Part shown: positions 8,881-18,313 of the stretch, one piece after another
How the letters are laid out: every line of letters starts with the position of its first letter
Numbering within the stretch: position 1 is the first letter of the stretch
Source of the DNA: an uncultured Candidatus Cloacimonadota bacterium
Lineage (GTDB): Bacteria; Cloacimonadota; Cloacimonadia; Cloacimonadales; Cloacimonadaceae
Direction of reading: 5' to 3'
Length of the DNA: 39,152 nt
Assembly: GCA_964634035.1 (NCBI GenBank)
Contig: CAZWJK010000006.1
Coordinates: 10,053-49,204, forward strand
The notes under the pieces: model-generated
Told to the model about the DNA's origin: nothing
What the model saw: only the letters and a program-made list of their open reading frames with translations
The model's database searches: none
Translations under genes and position numbers: made by a program

Positions 8881-11499
8881 TCAGTTTTCCAGATAAGTGA
8901 AAGTGTTGTGAGGTTGCAGATATGACTCTGACAGGTGCTTCAGGATGTCTTGGTTGACTGCTTCGAGCCGTTTTTCCCTGTTCAGGAAATAGTCATAATC
9001 ATAACCCAGGGCATAGAGAATGGAGATAGCGGATGCTTGCCAACTAAGGCTTTCCAGATCAAAACGCTGCATGCCTTTCAGATGATTCCTGGCACTTTCC
9101 AGTTCGTCACTTGTGACTCCATTGCATCTGAGATCTGTAAAAATCTCAGAGACGAGTTTATGAACTGCTTTATAATCAGCCTTGTCACAAATGGCAAAGG
9201 CAGTCCAGAAACCAAGATCCCGGATGGAAGTGAAATCAAAGCCTGACTGATAAGCATAGCCATATTTTTCTCTAAGAATGTAGAAGAAGCGCGAAGACAA
9301 CTCTCCGCCAATGATCTGAGCCAGGACATAGAAAGCTGTATTGGATTCATAATCAGTAGAGGGGCAACCCAATCCCCCCCAAATCAGATTTGACTGATCG
9401 GAGGCTGTCTTTCTGATTTTGAGATTTGAGATGGAGTGCTGAATGCGAGGTTGGGGTTGTGGGATAACTCGATGCTTGCTTGTAGCCGTCAGATATGTGT
9501 TGCAGAGATCAGCGGTTCTATGAAAATCGATGTCGCCAGTAACGCAGATGTTGAAATTCGGAAGAGAGTAATGCTCATTATACCAGTTTTGCAGTTGACT
9601 GAGCCGAATCTTCATTGTCTCTGTGATGTTGCCATATGGTTTACTGAGATTGCTGTTCTTCCCGAAGAACATATCCATCCAACCATTGAAGGAGTTACTG
9701 AAGGGATTCTGTTTTTCACGCCTGATGACTTCTATGACAGCATTTTTAATTATCTGAAAATAGCTTAAAGGCAGAAGGGGTGTCTGAATGATCTCAGCAG
9801 TCAGGGCCAGCAACTTGTCAAAGCTGAAGAGGAAACACTTTCCTTTAAGGGTTGTGGTCTCTAAAGTATGGCTGATCTTCAGATTGAAACCATGCATCAG
9901 ACATTCTTTCTGGATTTCATCGAAGCTTCTGTACTTGGTTCCAAACAAGAGCAGATTCGAGGTCAGATAGTTCAGGCCGGCCTGATTTTCAGATTCGCAA
10001 AGCTGGGATAAGGAAGAGGTCAAAGCGAGACCGATAGTGGGTTTACTGCTGATCTTTCTCATCAGCAGAGTCATGCCGTTATCCAAAGTGATTAAAGAGA
10101 AATCAGCAGATGCTTTGATTCTGACTTTTCCCGAAACAAAACTGCCTATCTTATCAGAAACGTGATCCGTGCTTTGCAAAAGAACCACAGGATGGCAATT
10201 GCTCTCCAAAGATTGTGAAAAGAGCTTTCTGATATTGCTCTGAAGCCTGCTCGGCAATGAGTTTTTACCCTGATGATAAACAGCAAGATAATCAGTTTGC
10301 CAATAACTTTCAAGGCAATGAAGCAGATCATTGTAACTAACCTGAGCAACTTTAGCGGGGTAGGCATACAACTCTTTATATGAACCGATCAGCTCTTCAC
10401 CTGCAAGGCTGCCGGCTACAGACTCAATGTATTCAAAATCATAAAGCCAGGCATAGCTCAGTTCATTTTTCACCAGTTCAATCTCTTCAGATGAAAAAAA
10501 GCTGTGTCTGACTTTTAGCCATTCATCGTAAAAGGCATAAACGATGTCGGGAATCAGTTGAGTTTTCTGAGGAAGGATCTGGATAATGGTGATGCCATTA
10601 TTCATACCACTAATGGAATGCAATTGAATGGACAGCGCAGTTTTATCTTGCTCAACCAGTCTCTTATGCAAACGGCTTTGCTTGCCTGAGGCAAAAGCTT
10701 TGGTAATAATGAGCAGAGCAGGGCTGAGTTTATCAGTCTCTGCCAGTTCAGGTAAAATGAAAGCAAGATAATCTCCATTGCTTTTGTAAATTTTATTAAA
10801 GTAGTGAAACCCGTTTTTTTCGGGAGGAGGTACAGACAGGGTGGACTGTCTTTTTTTGATAATGGGCTTCCAGTCAGAGAAACAGCTATGAATATCATTT
10901 GTAAAAGTTTTATGTTCAAGGCATCCTGTGACTACCAGAAAGCAATTATCGGGTCTGTAACGATTATAATAGAAATTCCTGAGTTTGGTCAAAGTGGCTG
11001 ATCTGACGGATTCAAGCGTTCCCAGAACAGGATTCTTGAGTGGATTACTGCGAAAATATGATGTCTGGATCCAATCAATGAATCCAGAATCAGGCTCATT
11101 GGCATATTGCTTGATCTCTTCTATGATGATGTCTTTTTCCACCTCAATGTCGGCTGCAAGAAAGTGAGCCCTGAAGGCTATGTCAGCAAGGATCCTGAGC
11201 CCTTCTTGCAGGTGTTCGGAAGGCAGCATGAGATAGTAACAGGTGGAGTCAAATTCAGTGTAGGCATTGATCATGCCTCCCAGCAGTGGGATAACTTCGG
11301 AAATCTTATTATCCGGATAATTCGCAGTCTGTTTAAAGGTAAGATGCTCAATGAAATGAGAGTAGCCGGAAGTTACAGCAGTTTCATTGACTGAGCCAGT
11401 CCGGACATGCAACTGAAGACAGACAATGGGGTTGGATCTGTCAATGGCGGATATTACTTTCAGTCCGTTGGGAAGAGTGAAATCAGAGGCATGAATCAA
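8881..11499 (-). CDS. M16 (pitrilysin/insulinase) family zinc peptidase, fused active + inactive double module
   Basis: Inverted zinc motif HFIEHLTFK lies near the N-terminus. I saw no second HxxEH in the C-terminal half, and the 872-aa length corresponds to two M16 pairs. The start is TTG at 11499. Confidence 0.85.
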   Translation of the reverse strand: MIHASDFTLPNGLKVISAIDRSNPIVCLQLHVRTGSVNETAVTSGYSHFIEHLTFKQTANYPDNKISEVIPLLGGMINAYTEFDSTCYYLMLPSEHLQEGLRILADIAFRAHFLAADIEVEKDIIIEEIKQYANEPDSGFIDWIQTSYFRSNPLKNPVLGTLESVRSATLTKLRNFYYNRYRPDNCFLVVTGCLEHKTFTNDIHSCFSDWKPIIKKRQSTLSVPPPEKNGFHYFNKIYKSNGDYLAFILPELAETDKLSPALLIITKAFASGKQSRLHKRLVEQDKTALSIQLHSISGMNNGITIIQILPQKTQLIPDIVYAFYDEWLKVRHSFFSSEEIELVKNELSYAWLYDFEYIESVAGSLAGEELIGSYKELYAYPAKVAQVSYNDLLHCLESYWQTDYLAVYHQGKNSLPSRLQSNIRKLFSQSLESNCHPVVLLQSTDHVSDKIGSFVSGKVRIKASADFSLITLDNGMTLLMRKISSKPTIGLALTSSLSQLCESENQAGLNYLTSNLLLFGTKYRSFDEIQKECLMHGFNLKISHTLETTTLKGKCFLFSFDKLLALTAEIIQTPLLPLSYFQIIKNAVIEVIRREKQNPFSNSFNGWMDMFFGKNSNLSKPYGNITETMKIRLSQLQNWYNEHYSLPNFNICVTGDIDFHRTADLCNTYLTATSKHRVIPQPQPRIQHSISNLKIRKTASDQSNLIWGGLGCPSTDYESNTAFYVLAQIIGGELSSRFFYILREKYGYAYQSGFDFTSIRDLGFWTAFAICDKADYKAVHKLVSEIFTDLRCNGVTSDELESARNHLKGMQRFDLESLSWQASAISILYALGYDYDYFLNREKRLEAVNQDILKHLSESYLQPHNTFTYLEN

Positions 11500-11519
11500 G
11501 ATATGATCTTTTCTCCTGA

Positions 11520-12299
11520 TTATATTCTTTTGCAGGCATAGGCATTGTGATTGTGGATGGATTCGAAGTTTTCGGATTCAATCTCAAAATGCAGGATGCG
11601 CTTGTCATTAGATAGCTTGACAGTCAGTTCACGAACTATGTCCTCCACAAACATAGGATTATTGTATGCTTGTTCCGTGACATACTTTTCATCCTCTCTT
11701 TTCAGCAGGGAATAGACTTCACTGCTGCCTGTCTCTTCTATCAAACCGATCAGTTCTTCCAGCCAGATGAAATCCTTGTACTGAACTGCCAGCGTGACTT
11801 CTGAACGCTGGTTATGTGCGCCATACTGACTTATCTCTTTTGAACAGGGGCATAAAGAGGTAACTGGGACCTTGACCCCTATCCAGAAATCAAAGCCAGA
11901 GGATAAGGATGCTTTGAAAAAACACTTGTAATTAAGATAAGATGAGATTTTGGAAACTGGTGCCTGTTTGAGAATAAAGTAGTCAAAACTGATCTCTATG
12001 TAAGCTGCGTCAGCTTTGAGAGACTTCTTAATCTCGGACAGCAGTTTATCCAGATTGTTTATGATATCTTCCTGATGATAGTGATTTAAGACCTCCACAA
12101 AGCGTGACATATGAGTCCCTCTTTCCGAGTGAGGGAGTTCAACATAGAAATTGATATCAGCCACCGTATGCTGAATCTCATTGCGTCTGTCTGACACAAT
12201 AATGGGATACTTGATGCTTTTTACGCCAACTTTGTCTATCGTGATTTTTCTGTGATCCTTCTGATTCTGGATATCAGGAATGTGGATTTTGGGGGTCAT
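11520..12299 (-). CDS. folE2: GTP cyclohydrolase I type 2 (FolE2/MptA family)
   Basis: Motifs RGTHMSRF, SLCPCSKEIS and GAHNQRS are diagnostic for FolE2. ATG at 12299 gives the usual N-terminus. A GTG at 12314 is the alternative upstream start. Confidence 0.85.
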   Translation of the reverse strand: MTPKIHIPDIQNQKDHRKITIDKVGVKSIKYPIIVSDRRNEIQHTVADINFYVELPHSERGTHMSRFVEVLNHYHQEDIINNLDKLLSEIKKSLKADAAYIEISFDYFILKQAPVSKISSYLNYKCFFKASLSSGFDFWIGVKVPVTSLCPCSKEISQYGAHNQRSEVTLAVQYKDFIWLEELIGLIEETGSSEVYSLLKREDEKYVTEQAYNNPMFVEDIVRELTVKLSNDKRILHFEIESENFESIHNHNAYACKRI

Positions 12300-12300
12300 A

Positions 12301-13305
12301 TCAGCCCTGCTCACTCTGAATCATTGATTTTATGCCTTGTGATTTGAGAGACATGATACTGCCGTTCTTGCGATAGTACACAATTACTTCCGTATCAGGG
12401 AACAGCTTGATCAGATCGACCGCCTGCTCTGGATCCATAACAAAAATGGCTGTCGACAGTCCATCTGCCATCAAAGCAGACGGATTCAAAACAGTTACGG
12501 AATAAACATCTTTGATAGGGTAACCTGTTTTGGCATTAAGGATATGATGATAACGCGTGCTGTCGATATCAAAATATTGCTGATAATCTCCAGAAGTCCC
12601 AATCGATGTATCTCTGACCTGAAGAGTGGCGATGATATCGTTCAATTTTCTCGGATGCTGGATCCCTACGATCTCAGGTAAAATCCTGTTCCCGAAAAAT
12701 GTCATGCTGCTATGGCAGTCAATGTAACCTTTGTACAGATCAAGCGAGAGCATATATTCACGTGCTTTATCAATGATGTAACCCTTGGCCAGAGCACCGA
12801 AAGTGAGTTGCAAACCATAAGGTTTGTACAAATACTCCTGATCGAATCTGAGTTTGTCAAATCCGGTGCGGGCAAGGGTTTTCCTGATCAGTAGAGAATC
12901 CGGAAGCTGTGGAATGGCAGAACTGAACTGCCAGAGATCAAACACGGGTTTGATGGTGATGTCAAATTTCCCATCGGTGAAACGATACAAACTGTCTGCC
13001 AAAACAAGCAGTTCATATGCATCCGGGTGCATGCGATATTTGTAATCATTGGTGTTGTTGACCTGCCAAAGCCAACCGCCCTGCTTATACTCATTCAGAT
13101 CTGTTTCCAGCTTTTTGATGTACTCAAACACCTGATCGATCTTTTGGCTGACGTCCTTGGATTTGGAAGTGGCAGAGATCCTCACAATAGTATCCATCAG
13201 ATATTGTGATTTTTCTGCCGTATAGCTTCTGGTGACGTATCTGTAAAGACCGAAAGCCACCACAGCCAAAAGAATTATCAGAGAAGTGATTTCTTTACGG
13301 TTCAT
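12301..13305 (-). CDS. apbE: FAD:protein FMN transferase (ApbE family), membrane-anchored
   Basis: N-terminal hydrophobic anchor, then MDT.V.I, GA.AKGY, TSGDYQ and ADGLSTA motifs typical of ApbE. Confidence 0.85.
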   Translation of the reverse strand: MNRKEITSLIILLAVVAFGLYRYVTRSYTAEKSQYLMDTIVRISATSKSKDVSQKIDQVFEYIKKLETDLNEYKQGGWLWQVNNTNDYKYRMHPDAYELLVLADSLYRFTDGKFDITIKPVFDLWQFSSAIPQLPDSLLIRKTLARTGFDKLRFDQEYLYKPYGLQLTFGALAKGYIIDKAREYMLSLDLYKGYIDCHSSMTFFGNRILPEIVGIQHPRKLNDIIATLQVRDTSIGTSGDYQQYFDIDSTRYHHILNAKTGYPIKDVYSVTVLNPSALMADGLSTAIFVMDPEQAVDLIKLFPDTEVIVYYRKNGSIMSLKSQGIKSMIQSEQG

Positions 13306-14064
13306 CTACACTGCCTTGACTTCTATGACTTCGTTCTCGATGAGTTTATCCACATAATCTCTGACAGCGAACCAGGTAAAAGGCAATACAACAGCCAGTC
13401 CAATGATCAGAAGCAGCAGGGCAAGGACATTGGCCGAAGCCAGGATTAGTGCCATCAGAAAAATGTTCCAGCGCAGGTCACCCAGATATTTATAGGAGAG
13501 TTTAACAGCTTGAAAAGCATTCAAGTTGTATCTTTCCATGATGACCGGAACGGGCAGAACAATGGCAACCCAATACAGGACAAGGACCAGCCACACAAGA
13601 TTCAAGATGGGATCTCCCTGGCAAATCAGAAAGATCGCCAGATAAAAGAATACCGATATCAATGAGAATAGCAGATACCGGAAATAACTTGTAAACGACT
13701 GAAAAAAATCTCTGACGGTAATCTTATATCCATCACTTTTGCAAACAGCATGAAAGGGAACGAACAGCACGGGCAGAAAGAGGGTCCATACAACTGTTTG
13801 CAAAGCCAGAAAAGGCCATAAACCGATGGCGGGCAGAGTGTGATTAAGCAGCCAGATCAAGATCAGCATTGGAAGAAAACCTGTTAAAGTGGCCCAGATC
13901 CCAACCGGCAGATTTACTCCTTCATATGGCTTGTAGTTTTTCCAGGAAGCATTCAGATTCTTTATGGCAGACAGGTCTTTGGCGATCAGCTCTGTTTGCT
14001 TACAACATTTAATGCACCAAAGGTCATGAATAGCCAGCTTTTCATTGCAATGTGAACAACGCAT
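13306..14064 (-). CDS. Hypothetical polytopic membrane protein with N-terminal CxxC...CxxC zinc ribbon
   Basis: RCSHCNEK..WCIKCCKQ is followed by several hydrophobic helices. ATG at 14064 has GGAG 5-6 nt upstream, and a GTG at 14070 is the alternative. Its stop abuts the apbE start. Confidence 0.5.
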   Translation of the reverse strand: MRCSHCNEKLAIHDLWCIKCCKQTELIAKDLSAIKNLNASWKNYKPYEGVNLPVGIWATLTGFLPMLILIWLLNHTLPAIGLWPFLALQTVVWTLFLPVLFVPFHAVCKSDGYKITVRDFFQSFTSYFRYLLFSLISVFFYLAIFLICQGDPILNLVWLVLVLYWVAIVLPVPVIMERYNLNAFQAVKLSYKYLGDLRWNIFLMALILASANVLALLLLIIGLAVVLPFTWFAVRDYVDKLIENEVIEVKAV

Positions 14065-14126
14065 TTTCACTCCAATTTCTGTTTTTGTTCTTTCCTAAAA
14101 ATACTCAAGGGCCTTTTTGTCAATTA

Positions 14127-16379
14127 CTAACATTTGGACCAGCCGCAGGATGGACATTTGAGACAACCCTCGAGGTGCTCGATGGAACTGCCGCAGTCAG
14201 GGCAATTGGCTATCAATCTTTGCGCTCCGTATTCAACAGTCTCGGCAGCTCTTACTGTAATGTCAGAAAGCATCTGTCTGCCATTAGGATTGATCGCCAG
14301 GTACTGTTCCAAAACTTGTCCCACCGCATCTCCGCAGGAATAGATCATTTTGCCTTTGTTCCACATTGGAGATTGGCAGCGGATGCCTTTTAGCTGTCTG
14401 AACAGGTTTTCCAGTTTGATGTTTGACCTTAGCGCTAATGACGCAAGTCGTGCTATGGCTTCCAATTGTGCTGAAGCGCATCCACCGACTTTACCCATCT
14501 GGACGAAGATCTCACAAGCTCCATGTTCGTCTGAATTTATGGTGACATACATATGCCCGCATCCGGTTTCCACCTTTTGCGTGATACCCTGTGTGATTTC
14601 AGGTCTGTTTCTGGGAGCGACCTTGCGCTCAGTTTCAGTTTTTTCCTTGGGAGTGCTAGTGGTCTGCAGCACCTGGTTGTCGCGACTGCCGTCCCGATAG
14701 ACTGTAACGCCCTTGCATCCGAGTTTGTAAGCATATTCAAAGGCCATCCGGATGTCTTCACGGGTTGCGTCCTTGCTGAAATTGATGGTTTTACTGACAG
14801 CATTGTCTGTGTATTTCTGAAACGCGGCCTGCATCCTTATATGCCATTCCGGGCTGATGTCATGAGAGGTCTGAAAGACTTTTCGGATCTTGGCGGGGAT
14901 TTCTTTGATGTGTTGAATGCTGCCTTCCTGGGCGATTTTTTGAAGCAATTCCTGATCATAAATACCAGCGGATTTAAGAGCTTTTTCCAAATATTTGTTT
15001 ACATATAGCAAGCTCTCCCCGTCCATTACATTTTTTGTGAAGACAAGTGAAAACTGAGGTTCTATGCCGCTTGAGGTATCAACAATCATGGAAATTGTTC
15101 CGGTGGGGGCTATCGTAGTTACAGTGGCGTTGCGAATGCCTTTGGTCCTAATTTCCTTGGTTAATGTGAACCAATTAAGCTTATTCTTTTCACGCAGCAA
15201 CTTTCCTTTCTGATATATGCTGCCGGTAAAATTGGGGAATTTACCTTTCTTTTCTGCCAACTGGACAGAACGAGACTTGGCATGAAAATCTATGAATTCC
15301 ATAGTGTCTTCTGCCAGACTGATCGCTTCATCGCTGGCATAGGGAAGGTTCATCTGGAATAGAAGATCGGCCCAACCCATTACTCCCAAACCGATCTTGC
15401 GGTTGCCTTTTGCCATCTTTTCAATTTCCGGCAAAGGAAAACGGGAAGCATCGATCACGTCATCCAGAAAATCCACACTGTCATACACAGTTGACTGCAG
15501 CGCTTTCCAGTCTATCTTTCCTGAATTGGCAAACTCTGCAAGGTTGATCGAACCGAGATTGCACGCTTCATATGGGAGAAGAGGTTGTTCCCCACAGGGA
15601 TTGGTGGATTCGATGTCCCCCAGTTCTGGCGTGGGATTGAATTTATTGATTCTGTCCAGGAACACTATGCCGGGCTCACCGTTCTTGTATGCCATCTCGA
15701 CGATCAGGTCAAACACATCTCTGGCTTTTGGCTTATCCACCACTTTTTTATAATGAGGTGAGATCAGTTCATATTCCTGATCCTGATAGACAGCATTCAT
15801 GAAATCCTCTGTCAGACCGACACTCAGATTGAAGTTAGTCAGTTGCGTAGTGTCTTCCTTGCAGGTAATGAAATCAAGGATCTGCGGATGTGTCACATTA
15901 AGGATCGCCATATTAGCGCCGCGTCTGGTTCCGCCTTGCTTGACCGCATCAGTGGCAGCATTGTAAACTTTCAGAAATGAAATGGGACCGCTGGAAACTC
16001 CGTTGGTGGAACGCACTCTGGCATTAGCTTCACGCAAACGGCTGAAACTGAAACCGGTTCCGCCTCCGCTTTTATGGATGAGGGCAGCATTCTTGATAGT
16101 CTCGAATATGCTTTCCATACTGTCGTCAATCGGAAGGACAAAACAGGCGGAAAGTTGCTGCAGATCGCTCCCTGCATTCATCAGTGTGGGGGAGTTGGGT
16201 AGGAATTTTCCGCTGTCCAGAAGTTCATAATAGCGTTTGAACTTCTCTTTGTCACCGGCGCTGATGTTCTTGGCAATGCGAGTCAGCATTCCATTCCAGT
16301 CTTCAATCGTTTTTCCTTTACCGTCTTTTTTGAAGTATCTTTTTTGTAATACGATCAAGGCATTCTCTGATAACTTCAT
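14127..16379 (-). CDS. nrdJ: Adenosylcobalamin-dependent (class II) ribonucleotide reductase
   Basis: N-terminus MKLSENALIVLQKRY, active-site STNPCGEQPL, then TIAPTGTIS and VSKTINF. The C-terminal Cys-rich tail is CPDCGS..CLKCPSCGW. ATG at 16379 is preceded by GAGGTGGTG, and a GTG at 16391 is the alternative. Confidence 0.9.
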   Translation of the reverse strand: MKLSENALIVLQKRYFKKDGKGKTIEDWNGMLTRIAKNISAGDKEKFKRYYELLDSGKFLPNSPTLMNAGSDLQQLSACFVLPIDDSMESIFETIKNAALIHKSGGGTGFSFSRLREANARVRSTNGVSSGPISFLKVYNAATDAVKQGGTRRGANMAILNVTHPQILDFITCKEDTTQLTNFNLSVGLTEDFMNAVYQDQEYELISPHYKKVVDKPKARDVFDLIVEMAYKNGEPGIVFLDRINKFNPTPELGDIESTNPCGEQPLLPYEACNLGSINLAEFANSGKIDWKALQSTVYDSVDFLDDVIDASRFPLPEIEKMAKGNRKIGLGVMGWADLLFQMNLPYASDEAISLAEDTMEFIDFHAKSRSVQLAEKKGKFPNFTGSIYQKGKLLREKNKLNWFTLTKEIRTKGIRNATVTTIAPTGTISMIVDTSSGIEPQFSLVFTKNVMDGESLLYVNKYLEKALKSAGIYDQELLQKIAQEGSIQHIKEIPAKIRKVFQTSHDISPEWHIRMQAAFQKYTDNAVSKTINFSKDATREDIRMAFEYAYKLGCKGVTVYRDGSRDNQVLQTTSTPKEKTETERKVAPRNRPEITQGITQKVETGCGHMYVTINSDEHGACEIFVQMGKVGGCASAQLEAIARLASLALRSNIKLENLFRQLKGIRCQSPMWNKGKMIYSCGDAVGQVLEQYLAINPNGRQMLSDITVRAAETVEYGAQRLIANCPDCGSSIEHLEGCLKCPSCGWSKC

Positions 16380-16393
16380 CTTTTTCACCACCT

Positions 16394-17245
<852 letters not shown>

Positions 17246-17324
17246 TTATTATATAATATTAGAAATCTTATTTAGTAACAATTGCTCCGCTCTTATATCC
17301 TGCTCCATAACCCATCAAGCATTC

Positions 17325-17362
17325 CTCGCCAGATACAGCCAGTTTTGGCTTTATCTGGCGAG
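17325..17362 (-). promoter_or_regulatory. Strong interrupted hairpin inside the 282-bp kce-nrdJ leader (candidate cis-regulatory RNA structure or protein site)
   Basis: CTCGCCAGATA (17325-17335) pairs with TATCTGGCGAG (17352-17362). An inner AGCC/GGCT stem closes a 6-nt loop. No U-tract follows on the coding (minus) strand, so it is not a terminator. Confidence 0.35.
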
Positions 17363-17473
17363 CATTTAATGAGCATTGTTGCTGCGAGGTCTAAGGGTGG
17401 TCTAAGAACAAGTCTGGCAGAGACAGATAAAGCATACATCAATGATCATATATTATTGATAGACAATTTATAA

Positions 17474-17496
17474 GCAATACATATCAAAAGTATTGC
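17474..17496 (-). terminator. Possible weak intrinsic terminator after murI
   Basis: GCAATAC / GTATTGC form a 7-bp stem with a 9-nt loop immediately after the murI stop. On the minus strand it is followed by TTATAAATTG. Confidence 0.3.
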
Positions 17497-17506
17497 ATTA
17501 ATGTTT

Positions 17507-18313
17507 TCAAGCATCTACAAACCAGCTTTCATACAAGCGGACCCGCTTAAGATAGGACATACTGCTGCCCAGAATTCTGCTTGCCAGTTCGGAAAATTTC
17601 TTCTCATTATCACTGACATAGAATTCATCCTTACCGGAAATGCCATCCTGTTCGGAAGGAAGCATACTGCTCAGATGGGTTGCTATGGCTTCAGCGCTGT
17701 CCACCAGGGCAACTTCTTTTCCCATGACATTCTGGATCACATTTTTCAGCAAGGGATAATGAGTACAGCCCAAAACCAGAGTGTCGATCTGATTAACAAG
17801 CATTTCAGTAAGATATTCCAGGGCAATGTCATGCGCTACTTTGTTGTCATGCCAGCCTTCTTCAGCCAACGGGACAAAGAGAGGGCAGGCCCTGGAAAAG
17901 ACTTTAGCGTCAGGTTTGAGGTTCTGAATCGCAGTTTTATATGCATCGCTACGCACCGTTCCCTCCGTTCCTATAACACCGATCCTGCCATTTCTCGTTT
18001 TCAGGACAGCTTGTCTGGCACCGGGTTCGATCACGTCCAGAATTGGAATTTTCGTGATCGTTCTCAATTGAGGCAAAGCAACTGAGGAAGAAGTGTTGCA
18101 GGCAACGATCAGAACTTTGATCTGATTCTGCAGAAGAAATCGTGCATTCTGCAAAGAATACTCTATGATGGTATTGGGGGATTTTGGACCGTAAGGCACT
18201 CTGGCTGTATCGCCAAAATAGATCAGGTCCTCTTCCGGAAAATGGGTCCGGATCGCTTTATAAACTGTTAGTCCGCCAACTCCGGAATCAAAGATGCCTA
18301 TAGGTTTTTTCAT
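17507..18313 (-). CDS. murI: Glutamate racemase
   Basis: GIFDSGVGGLTV, ACNTSS and GCTHYPLL (the two catalytic Cys motifs). Confidence 0.9.
   Translation of the reverse strand: MKKPIGIFDSGVGGLTVYKAIRTHFPEEDLIYFGDTARVPYGPKSPNTIIEYSLQNARFLLQNQIKVLIVACNTSSSVALPQLRTITKIPILDVIEPGARQAVLKTRNGRIGVIGTEGTVRSDAYKTAIQNLKPDAKVFSRACPLFVPLAEEGWHDNKVAHDIALEYLTEMLVNQIDTLVLGCTHYPLLKNVIQNVMGKEVALVDSAEAIATHLSSMLPSEQDGISGKDEFYVSDNEKKFSELASRILGSSMSYLKRVRLYESWFVDA

Noticed and set aside
17501-18085. 194-aa + strand ORF, and similar long antisense ORFs (3807-4340, 28307-28879, 588-968, 1775-2317, 32024-32380)
   Set aside because: Each lies antisense to a gene with clear family motifs. Their translations are low-complexity or motif-free, as is typical of shadow ORFs.
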